Source: Moniliella sp. 'wahieum' (lineage: Eukaryota). Taken from it: a stretch of 64,000 bases of DNA. A program made the position numbers and the translations under genes. Of this stretch, positions 1 through 10,780 are shown piece after piece; position 1 is the stretch's first letter, and each line of letters starts with the position of its first letter. The stretch spans positions 1-64,000 of the forward strand of contig RSEE01000015.1 in assembly GCA_003971905.1 (NCBI GenBank), written 5' to 3'. A model generated the notes under the pieces. The model saw only the letters and a list, made by a program, of their open reading frames with translations, was not told the DNA's origin and searched no databases.

Positions 1-92
1 CCCTCTTCTCTTCCTCTTCCCTCTTCCCTTCCTCTTCCCTCTTCCCTCCCTTCCCCCCTTTCCTTCCTCCCCTACCCTCGCGCACTGCCTCC

Positions 93-2055
93 ATGCTAAC
101 CGCCTTTTCCCACCCAGACACCGCCTCGGAGCCTCAGCTGTCTGCTACCTCTGCGCCGGCCGAGGGTGCCGCGCCTGCAGCGCCTACGTCCACCTCCTCG
201 AGCCATCCACCAGCGCGCCGCCCCGGCTTCGGTATCGGCGCCTCCTGCCCCGCGTGGGCCGCTGCCCGAGTACGATCCGAGTATTGTAATTGGCGGGGAG
301 GCTGGGCGTCCGCTGAAGCTGACGGTGGCCCAAGTCAAGTACTTGCAGAACGTGCTCAAAGCTCTCAAGAGCCGGACCGAGGCGCGTGCCTTTCTTGCGC
401 CCGTCGATCCCATCGCGCTCGGTATCCCGCACTACCGTACGATCATCACTCGACCCATGGACCTGGGTACGATCGACATTAAGCTTGCCTTGACCGCGGC
501 CGCGGTCAAGGGCGGGAACAAGCCGACGGAGAAGGTCAAGTTGGCGCCGCGCTGGGGCCTGGATCTGCGACGGGACGTGTATGCAACGGCAGAGGAGGTG
601 GAGGAGGAAGTGCGGTTGACGTTTAACAATACCCGAATCTTCAATGGCCCAACCCACCTGATCTCCCTTGCGGCCGATGTGCTGGAAACAGTGTTTGACA
701 AACAAATCAAGGGCTTACCCAGCCCCGATGCGCCCGAGCCGCGCAAGAGCTTGGAACTGACCGACAGTGCGCGGCCCAAGCGCGAAGTGCACCCGCCCGC
801 GCCGCCGATGCCGTATGTGGAGCAGGAGGCACCCACCAAGCCCAGTACCAAGTACCGACGCGACTCGATGTCGCTGGCGGAAGAAGCGCATTGGGACAAG
901 GTGGCGCGGGACGAAGTGCGGTTTTGTGGCAAGGTGATCAATGAGCTGTTGAAGCCGGTGCACAGTGCGGTGGCATGGGTGTTTTACGAGTTGCCTGACC
1001 CGACGCTGGACTATGCGCCGGCGTACTATGCCATGATCTCCCATCCCATTGCGCTGGACACCATTTTGTCCACCTTGCGCCAAGGCGGCTATGCCGATGC
1101 GAGCGAGTTTGACGCCGACATGCAACTGCTCTTTCGCAACTGCTTCACCTTCAACCCAGCTGGATCGGACGTGCATTTGATGGGCGAACAGCTCAAGGCA
1201 GTGTACGACCGTGCGTTTGCCAAGCTCCCGCCGCCGCGGCCGTACTTGCCTGCGCCGACACCGGAACAAGCCGAGGCACTGCAGGTGGCCACCTTGCTAC
1301 GCGACCAAGCCAACGCCTGGCTCGCTCAGGCCGCCGAATTGGAACACACCCCGACGCCCAAACTGATCCAGCAGGCCCGGCAGGCCCTCAGCTCGCTCAG
1401 TGCGGGCGGCAGCACGGGCGCTGGCGCAGGGGCCGGCCTGGCTCGGGCCGGCTCGCCGCCCAGCACGGCCAAGCGCCGCAAATCGGTGGGCAGCGACGCG
1501 CCCAAGAAACCCCCGGCGAAAAAGGTGAAAAAGACAGTGGAGGAACCGGAAAAGAAGCCCAAGCCCAAACGCAAGCCCAAGCCGAGTGGCGATTCGGACG
1601 AGGAGGATGTACGGGTGGTGACGTACGAGCAAAAGGAAGAGCTGGCCAACAAGATTCAAACCTTGTCGGAGGAACGGATGGATGGGGCATTGAAGATCAT
1701 TGCGGAAGACCGGCCAGAGAGCACCATGGGCGACGAGGAGATTGAGTTGGACATTGACGATCTGTCGCCGCGCACCTTGTATCGGCTTTACCGCTTTGTC
1801 GTGCGACCCAAGGACAAAAAGACGACGCACAGCAAACCCGTCAAGAACGCCAACGATGGTCGCAAACGCGGTACCGGCGGTCTCAAGGGCAAAACGCTCA
1901 ACGAATCCGAAGAAACCGAACGCATTCGCCGTCTGCAGGCGCAGCTGCAACAGTTTGAAGGTACCGCTCTCCCACTTGCTCCGACCGCCCACGATGATCT
2001 GGTCAACTCCGAGTCGTCGGGCGACGAGGAGAGCGACTCGGGCGAAGACTACTAA
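93..2055 (+). CDS. BDF1: BET-family double bromodomain + ET domain protein (Bdf1-like)
   Basis: Bromodomain 1 (FLAPVDPIALGIPHYRTIITRPMDLGTI...NTRIFNG), bromodomain 2 (WVFYELPD...YYAMISHPIAL...LFRNCFTFNP) and ET domain (VTYEQKEELANKIQTL...EIELDIDDLSPRTLYRLYRFV). The ATG at 93 joins the long ORF by an apparent frameshift near 230. Confidence 0.93.
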
Positions 2056-3056
2056 GGTATCTATGAGCCAACCTGCCAAGGTGAGACGGGACAAGCCGGT
2101 GAGAGAAGGAGGGAGGGGATGTCATAGCCAGTTGGGGGTCACCAGTTGGGCACTGGGGTCCTGCTGGTCTTGTTTGACAGGCATATGGAGAGCGCTGTTG
2201 AACCGAGAGGGATCGGGGAAAGGTGTGTCTCGGTTGACAGACACAGGCACAGGTGTGCGGGAAAGGGGCAGAAGGGGGAAGGGGGAGGGGATGGAGTAGA
2301 GGAGTAGTGTTGAACGTACCCCAAGCCAACATTGTTGGAAATGGATTGGCTGTATGTGGAACGACGAACAGGCCCACGGGGGGGCTGCGCCGGGCCCGTG
2401 GGGGAGCACGGGAGGAAATGGAGGTGTGGAAGCACCGAGGAGGAAATGCGCGAAAGCACAGATGGGGAAAAGACACGAAAAACAGGTGCCCGTGGAGACG
2501 CAAAACAGGGAGAGTAAGCGCTGAGAGCGAGCTTCCGATCACCTGGGTCAGGGGGAAGGCGGGAAGGGGAGAGTGGAGGCGAGAGGCAAGAGAGGAGAAT
2601 GTGGAAGAGGGAGGGGGGAAGGGGGCTTCCAAAGTTCAAAAACGATGAAGGCGATTGTGTGGAGCGAGGGAGAAGAGACGAGTGGGGGCATGCACCGACA
2701 CGACGGATGAGATAAGGTGGACCTGCCAGCAGGCAGGAAAAGAGTGGAGAAATGATTCTCTCGATCACGAGATGTGCACAGTGCTGGTGGGGATGCGAAG
2801 CACCGGAGCGTGGGCCAGGGCATAGAGAGTTGTTACATATAGTACACAGTCTTGCGGAGTCCAGGACCCAGGACGGTCCTGGATGTAGTGCGGGGACCTA
2901 CGAGCAAAACGATCACCTCTTCGGCGCTTCTTGGCACGCAAGGTCCATCGAGGCAGCCGAGACGTAGTAAGCAGGCGAACGAAACAAGGCAGAACAGAGA
3001 GAGCCTGGGGGAGAAGTTAAGGGGGGGGGGGGACAGAAGACAAGAGATGCTACTCT

Positions 3057-4626
3057 TTATTGGCGAGCAGCCAACGACGCCCCCCCCGCCCGCTGGCACC
3101 ACCACCCCGGCCACGGCCGCGGTACCCGCCGCGCCCATTCGGGCGCCGGTGGTTGCGTGGGGTGGGTGTCGGTAAAGTTTTGCGATTGCGGGATGGTGGC
3201 GGCATGCATAGCCGCCTGAGTAGGAGGAATAACGGGCAAGCCGGCTTGTGGGTTAGCCGGAATGGGCGGAAGCCCGGCCGGGGCACGTCGCTGGATCTCT
3301 GCTTGGGCCGCAGCCTCCCGCTCCCGATCGTCAATAAGAGCGGGTGAGACATAGAGTTGCTTGTCGATTGTGCCGGGTATGGGCTGGATTTCGGTACCGA
3401 GCTCTTGTTCGATACGGTAGAGGTTAAAGCGGTCTTCGTACGTGATAAGGTTGATGGCCAGGCCCAAGTGACCAAACCGGCCCGAGCGCCCAATGCGGTG
3501 CAAGTATGTCTCAGCATTCTTGGGGAAGTCAAAGTTGATCACCACATTGACAGCTTGGATGTCAATGCCACGGGTGAGCAGGTCGGAGCAGACCAAATTC
3601 CGGCACGCACCGTTGCGGAAGTCATGGAACACGCGGTTGCGGTGGCTCTGCAGCATCTTGGCGTGTGAGTAAAAGCACGAGTAGCCCAGCTCGGTAATCT
3701 TTTTGGCGAGCAGTTCCACACGGTTAGTCGAGTTGCAAAAGATGATCGACTGGTTGATTGCAGACGGCTGAAAAGGGTGTTGAGGCAGTGCACCTTTTGC
3801 CGCTCTTCGACGTAGGCATAGTACTGAGTCACACCGCGCAGCGTAAGTTCGTCCATCAGGTTGATTTCAAACGCGTTCGTCATGTGCTTGTCCTTGAAGG
3901 ACTTGACGATGAGTGGGAAGGTGGCTGAGAAGAGCATGACCTGCCGGTCACTGGGGAGTAGCGCCAGGAGCTGCTCCATCACCGGGGTAAACTCGGGAGA
4001 AAGTAGTTTGTCGGCCTCGTCCCTAATCGTAGGAGGTCAGCACCCGATGAGAGAGAAGACGCAAAAAACAAAAAAGAAAGCACGTACATGGTGAAGATGT
4101 GGCATTGGGACAGGTCGGCAATGCCCTTGCCGGCCAAGTCGAGGATGCGCCCGGGTGTGCCGACGAGAACGTGGACAGTTTGGGAAAGGCGGAGAATGTC
4201 GTCCTTGAGGCTGGTGCCGCCGGTGGAGACCATGACCTCAACCCCCATGTGTTTACCGAGGGTCTTGGTGACTTGAGATGTCTGAAGTGCGAGCTCACGA
4301 GTAGGGACGAGGATGACGGCTTGAATCTTGTTCTTCTTGGTGTTGAGTTTCTCGAGGGTGGGGATGACGTAGGCACCTGTCTTTCCCGTGCCGTTCTTGG
4401 CACGAGCCAAAATGTCGCGGCCGGTGAGGGCAATGGGGATGGCTTCTTCCTGGATGGGGGAGGGGCGCTCGAAGCCAGCCTCGAAGATGCCCATGAGAAG
4501 CTCGCGCTTGAGGTAGTAGTCTTCAAAGTCGTTGCCCTTGATGTCGGTCACATCGGATGTTTGTGGACGGTCGTCCTTGGGCGGGGCAGTGGCCTGGGCC
4601 TTCCAGTCGGACGGAGCAGAGGCCAT
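3057..4626 (-). CDS. DHH1: DEAD-box RNA helicase Dhh1/DDX6
   Basis: [42 protein letters not shown]. An intron at ~4023-4087 (GTACGT..CTGAC..TAG) restores M-DEAD. Also [21 protein letters not shown] and [10 protein letters not shown]. Frameshift near 3760. The 3' end is approximate. Confidence 0.96.
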
Positions 4627-5151
4627 GGCGGGGTGGGTGGGGGTGGGGGCAGCGGCAGCAGAGCGGAGTGCGGGGCTGCGGAGAGTGGTGATGGCAGTGG
4701 TGGTGGTGGGAGCGGTGCAGGCGGGCTGGCCGCGACACGGCCTGGGAACAAGAACAAAGCCCCCCGGCTCAATGCTGGCAGGCTGGGCCGCTTGCGTAAG
4801 CGGCGTGTGCTCTGTGCCTGGCCCCGTGCCGTGCTGCTGAGCGCTGAGCTCAGCGCTCCTGCCCCTCTGCCGCCCTGCCGCCCTGCCGCCCCCCGCCGGC
4901 TGGATCCACCCGCACGGGCGCAGTGTCTGACGTAACGCACCGCGTGAGCGTGGCGGGGGCGCCGGCCTCACTGATCAGTGGGTTTGCAATGTTCAACGCC
5001 CGGGCGGAATGCGCGGAGCTTCCACGTGCTGCTCTTTTTTTCCAACCGAGTACTGATACCAGCTGCCCCGACTTCTGACTCACGCGCGTGTCCCCTACCT
5101 GCCCCTTTGTCTCGTCCCCCCCCGACCACCACCGCCACCCACCACCACACC

Positions 5152-7885
5152 ATGTCCAAGCCCGCCGCGCTCACGCCCGACGAGACGGACGCGCTCAGCG
5201 CTCTTTTTGCCGAGCGTCTCCCTCTCTGGCGCCAAGGCCAAGGACGTGCTCAAGAAGCCCGACGCGGCCCGCCTGCTCCAGCACCTGCTCCAGACTGCTG
5301 CCTCCGGCCCCGTCGAGCCCAAGGTTGCCACCCTCCTGGTTACCGCCGCCACCAGCCCACTCAAACTCGACGCCGACCAGCGCACCTACATTGCCCGCCG
5401 CGCCCTCGATGGCTCGCTCAAGTCCAACGACCAGGTCAACGCCGCCGCCGCCTTCCTCCAGGGCAAGCCTGCCGGCGAGGTGGACAGCAAGGCCTTTGAC
5501 CAGGCAGCCGGGGTCGGTATGTTCCTATCCCCCCCCCCCCCTTGACCTTTTTGTTACGGACTTTTGCCTGCTTACCCTTTCGGGCCTGTTGCTGACGGCT
5601 TTGTGACCAGGCGTGGTGGTGACCCCTGAGCAGGTCAAGACGGAGGTCAGCAGCTATGTCGACACGCACAAGACAGAGTTGGATGCTGCGTTCGGGTGGG
5701 GCAAGCAAGGTGCGATGATGGCCTACCTCAGGGGGCTTCCCTCGCTCCGCTGGGCTGCCCCCTCGACATTAAGAAACAAGTGGAAGGCGTGTTGACGGCG
5801 CAGTATGGCGACCGTACCGAGGCGATGAACAAGGTGCGCGCGGCGGAGAAAGCGGCACGAGAGGCCGCCAAGAACGACGACCGCAAGTCCAAGGCGTCCG
5901 CTGCCAACGCCCATGCCCACAACAGTACCGCCGCCGCGGCCGGGGGCGAACAAGTGGAGGCTGGTGCGCTGGCTCGGCCCGAGGCCATGTTTGAGACGGG
6001 GTTCCTTTCTCGGCTGCACCAGCCGGGGGGCAACCCGCAGACGCACAAGGAGCTCAAAGAACAGCACCTCCGTGCTACTGGTGGCCACGTGGTGACCCGT
6101 TTCCCCCCTGAGCCCAATGGGTTTCTCCACATTGGGCATGTCAAGGCGATTTCGATTGACTTTGGCTATGCTCGGGTGCACAAGGGTCTCACCTACCTTC
6201 GCTACGACGATACCAACCCGAAGCCGAGGAGGAAGTGTACTTCCGTTCGATTTTGGAAAACGTGCGCTGGCTTGGGTTTGAGCCATTTACGGTGACCTAC
6301 TCGTCCGACTACTTCCAGCGGCTCTACGACTTGGCCGTCGACCTGATCAAGCGCGGCGGCGCCTACGTTGACCATTCCACGGGGGAGGAAATCAAAGCCG
6401 AACGCGGTGGCGAGGCCAAGGGCCCCCGGCACGAGTCCAAGTGGCGCAACCGCCCAATCGAGGAGAACCTGGCCGAGTTTGCCAAGATGAAGAGGGCGGG
6501 TACAAGCCTGGCGAGGCCACGTTGCGCATGAAGCAGGACATTCTCGGCAACGGCAACCCGCAGATGTGGGATCTGGTCGTACCGTGTCTTGGCCGCGCCG
6601 CACCACCGTACCGGGTCCAAGTGGTGCATCTACCCTACCTATGACTTTACCCACTGTCTCGTCGATTCCTTTGAGAACATCTCCCACTCGCTTTGCACCA
6701 CCGAGTTCCAACTCGCGCGCGAGAGCTACGAGTGGCTGTGCGATGCAGTGGACGTGTACAAGCCACGTCAGTATGAGTTTGGCCGTCTCTCGCTCGAGGG
6801 CACGCTGACGTCGAAGCGCAAGCTCAACAAGCTCATCCAGTCCGGGCTGGTGACCGACTGGGACGATCCTCGGCTCTACACGGTCATTGCGCTGCGTCGC
6901 CGTGGTGTGCCGCCCGAGGCGTTGCTCGAGTTTGTGTCGGGCCTCGGTGTCAGTACCTCGCCTGCGCTCGTGACGATTGACCGGTTCGAGTGGGCGGTGC
7001 GGGCGCACTTGGAGGCGGTGGTACCGCGGTTGATGCTGGTGCTAGAGCCGCTCAAGGTGGTGGTTGTCGACGATGAGTTGCCCGACGACTGGACCTGCGA
7101 GGTGACCAAGCCCCTGCACCCCAAGGTCCCGGCCATGGGCCAGGCAAGGCAGTGGTGGGCAAGACACTGTACATTGATGCGTCGGATTTCCGCACCGAAG
7201 ATTCGCCCGGTTACTTCCGTCTTGCTCCGGGCAAGACGGTGGGCATCCTCAATGCGCCCTACCCCATCACGGCAGAGCGGTACGAAACCGACGCGAGTGG
7301 CAAGCCGTCGGTGGTGTATGCCAAGTTTGACAAGAGCGGCAAGAAGCCCAAGGCATTTGTGCAGTGGGTCAGTGGTGTGCCAGGCGAGGCGGTGCGCATC
7401 GCCGAGACGCGCATCTTCTCTCGCCTCTTCACCTCCTCCAACCCGGGTGGCGAGCGGACCTGCTCGCCAGCGTCAACCAAGACTCCAAGAAGGTATACAA
7501 GGATGCGCTGATCGAGCGTGCCTTTTGGACCGTCGCTGCCCGCGCCATGGCCGCCGCACGCACCCACGCGGCGGAACGGACAAAGGAGGCCACCGCGCTG
7601 GCCGAGGAGGCGCGCAAACAAACCGGGCTGTTGGAACTGTTGCCGCCCGGGGCTGGACGCGGGGCGCCGGCGCCTAGCCCGGACCAGTTGGTGGGTAAGG
7701 AGGTGGTGCGCTTCCAGGCGATGCGGATCGGCTACTTTACTATTGACCGCGAAGCGGTCCTGCCCGCCGACCTGGCTGCGGTGGCGCAGAAGGGCTTGTC
7801 GGCCGAGGAGGCCAAGACGACCAAGATTGTACTGAACCGGATCGTGGGGCTGAAGGAGGACAGCGTCAAGGCGCAGGTCAAGTAA
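5152..7885 (+). CDS. GLN4: Glutaminyl-tRNA synthetase
   Basis: [15 protein letters not shown] (HIGH), [47 protein letters not shown] (KMSKS-equivalent), [26 protein letters not shown]. Eukaryotic N-terminal extension. Intron at ~5517-5610 plus several frameshifts. Confidence 0.95.
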
Positions 7886-8144
7886 AGTACCCAGCAGGCG
7901 GCTGGGGGCACGATCCCCTTGGGCTCCACTGGTGTGTTGGTGCTGTTCTGCTGGCTGGATGGCTGCGTATATGTGGAATGCATTCGGTAGGATAGAGTCG
8001 CCGAGCTTTGACACAGTCTGTGATAGTAGGAAGGCAGGACGGGACAGGGGGCGCAGTGGAGCAAAAGAGGATAGCAAAAAGGGACAAGAGTTGCGGCCTG
8101 GCAAGACGATCCCGCTTCCAGCCACAAGCCTATATAAAACGACA

Positions 8145-8192
8145 TGTTGCTACGTAAACAAACAAGGGTGTTGCTACGTAAACAAACAAGGG
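8145..8192. repeat. Perfect 24-bp direct duplication (TGTTGCTACGTAAACAAACAAGGG)x2
   Basis: Seen directly in the convergent intergenic region between GLN4 and IMPDH. Confidence 0.9.
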
Positions 8193-8413
8193 TGGCTTGG
8201 TTGAAGAGTGTATTGGTACATGCCCAGCCGAACATGAACGCCATGAATGACTTCGCAGAGACACTAGGTGTTGAGAGGGGGGTAAAGGGGGAGGGAAAGC
8301 TCAGAAATCCATGCCAATTTGCGCGCCAAGGAGGGGCACTCTGCCCTACTCGATGTTAACCCAGAAGCGCCTAACCGTGGAGCCACTGCACGGTCAAGTT
8401 GCCGAGAAGAGAA

Positions 8414-10253
8414 TCAAGCAAACAGGCGCTTGGTGTAGCTCTCCAAGCCCGACACGCCGCCCTCGAGCTGGGCCGAGGCGGTGCGGAGCTCAAAGCGGAC
8501 CTTGCCCGACCCACACCGGCCCGCAAAGCCTCGACCGAGGTGATGCCCATGTCCTGGAACGAGTGCTGCAGACCGGTGTACAAGTAAGGAACAAACTTTT
8601 TGATGCTGCCCTTGTCCTGCACGGCGCCACTCACGCCCTGCGCCACCTTGACGGCATCCGCCTCGGAAAAGTAGCGCTGGGTCGCCGCGTTCTCCTGGGC
8701 TGCGGTGGCCTTGGCCGCCTTGGCCGCTCCGGCGCCAGTCGCACCGCTGTGCGAGGCCTTGTTGCCCTGGTGCTCCATCGCTTCGAGCGATCCCATACCA
8801 CGGTACCCCTTCAGCGCTTGCCCTCACGGTAAAAGTACTCGCCCGGGGACTCGGTCGTACCGGCCAAGAGGCCGCCCATCATGACACCTCCGGCACCCAG
8901 TGCCAGCGCCTTGGCAATGTGCCCCACGTTTGAGATCCCGCCATCGGCAATGACTGGCACGCCAAACTGGTTGGCAAACTCGGCCACAGCATGGACTGCC
9001 GTACCCTGCGGCCGGCCGACGGCCATGACCTCTTGGGTAATGCAGATCGAGCCACTGCCCATGCCAACACGCAGTCCGTCGGCCCAGCGGCAATCAGTTG
9101 CGCTGCCTGCTCCCGCGTCACCACATTGCCCGCCACCACCTCGAGCTGGGGCCACTTGCTCTTGATCCACTGGATCATCTCCACCTGGTACGTCGAGTTG
9201 CCCTGACTCGAGTCAAGGATGACCACGTCCAAGCCTGCATCGACAAGAAGACGCAGACGCTCGCGGTCGTTGGGCCGGGTGCCAATGGCAGCAGCACAGA
9301 GTAGAGCTGCTTGGTAACCGGGTGCTTGCTGGCCAACGGGAAGTTTTGGTTCTTGAGCAAGTCGGAGCGCGCCAGCAAACTCACCAACCGACCCGCCTTG
9401 TCGACAATCGGCAGCTTGCCCTTCTTCGAGTCACGCAGGATGGTGTTGGCTTGCTCCAGCGTCACGCCCCTCGGGGCAGTGACCAGCTCCTTGGTCATCA
9501 CATCTGTCACAGGCAGACTCGGGTCGCGGAACTGCACATCGCGCGCCGTCACAATGCCCAGCAATTTGCCGTGCAGCGCACCCGTGTCTGGAGAGGGAAA
9601 CAAGAAAAGAACAAGCCGTGTCAGTTTCGGGTTGGTGCCACGGGTTGGGCGAACGGGATCAGAGGACATAGGTAATCGGTCTCCGCAAGTCACCATGCAA
9701 GTGGTTGCATTAGGAGGAACGAAGGTAACAAGATGTGGTTTTCATCACTGTTCCTGCCGAGGGGGGGGGGAAACGTACCAGTGATGGGATGCCACAAAAG
9801 CCAAGGCGCTCCTTGATGTCCAGCACATCGCCCACGTCTCAGAGGGGGTGAGGCACAAGGGCTCGGTAATGAAGCCATTCTCAAACTTTTTGACAGAGCG
9901 CACCATCGCAGCCTGCTCGACCGGGGTCATGTTGTTGTGGATGACACCAATGCCGCCCATGAGGGCCATGGCGATGGCCATCTTGGTCTCGGTGACGGTG
10001 TCCATGGGCGAGGAGAGGAAGGGGGTGTTGAGGACCACATTGCGCGTGATGCGCGACTTGAGGCTGACGTTGCTGGCAGGGAAGTCAATGTAGCCGGGGA
10101 GGCAGAGGAAGTCGTTGTAGGTCAGGCCGCCGTGAGCTTGGCGTCCATGAGGTCCTGCATGGAGAGGCCGTCGCCATGCGGGTAGGTGGCGAGATGGGCG
10201 AGCGCCTGGGACGCGTCGAGGACGGTGGGCGCGGAGGATGCAGCAGGGGACAT
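8414..10253 (-). CDS. IMD: Inosine-5'-monophosphate dehydrogenase
   Basis: [34 protein letters not shown] pair, LDSSQGNS, catalytic [35 protein letters not shown]-terminal SYTKRLFA*. One 191-nt intron at 9588-9778. Confidence 0.96.
9652..9754 (-). ncRNA. Intronic box C/D snoRNA, snR54/SNORD59-like (18S 2'-O-methylation guide)
   Basis: On the minus strand inside the IMPDH intron: box C GTGATGA (9748-9742), box D CTGA (9662-9659), flanking GAAC/GTTC stem, and internal ACCTTCGTTCCT complementary to the conserved 18S GAACGAAGGT region. Confidence 0.78.
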
Positions 10254-10780
10254 GGCGTGGATGCGGGTGGTGGTGGTGGTGGTACTGGGGATGGTCGAGG
10301 GTAGAGTACAACAGGACCAGCTGAGGGCGAGGGCAGCTGGGGGCAGGAGGGGTGCCAGGAAGACGGCGCTGGCCGAGGCGAGGGGGGCTGGCTTATATAC
10401 AAGTGTTGTGGCTGCGTGACTTGGGGTTATTTTTTGCCGGGTTTTTTTCGGCGTCTGTGGGTCGTCGTGCTCTGCCTGTTCCGCGCGGCTCTGCGCTGCC
10501 GCGCCGCCGCATGGGGCACTGTGCCGGCGCGCCCCCACGGGCGTTTTTTTGCCGCGGCGGAACGGCTGGCCACACAGACAGACCAGATGACCACACCACC
10601 ACTCGGTGCAAACGGCGCCAACCCTACTGCTGCGCCGTGCCTACCAACACTCCACTCGGCTGCTTCAAACATGCACTTTGGCCCCCACGCCTACGACCCA
10701 CACCGCCTCGCCTCCACCCCGATCAGATACTTGCCGAGGCGCTGAATGAACGCTGGACAGTGCGAACCCCCATGCCGCCC

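Noticed and set aside
5152..7885. Programmed frameshifting or pseudogene status of GLN4
   Set aside because: Shifts are scattered across nearly all genes without a shared slippery motif. Sequencing error is the more parsimonious explanation.
8145..8192. CRISPR-like direct repeat
   Set aside because: Only two adjacent copies with no spacer, no cas genes, and a eukaryotic context.
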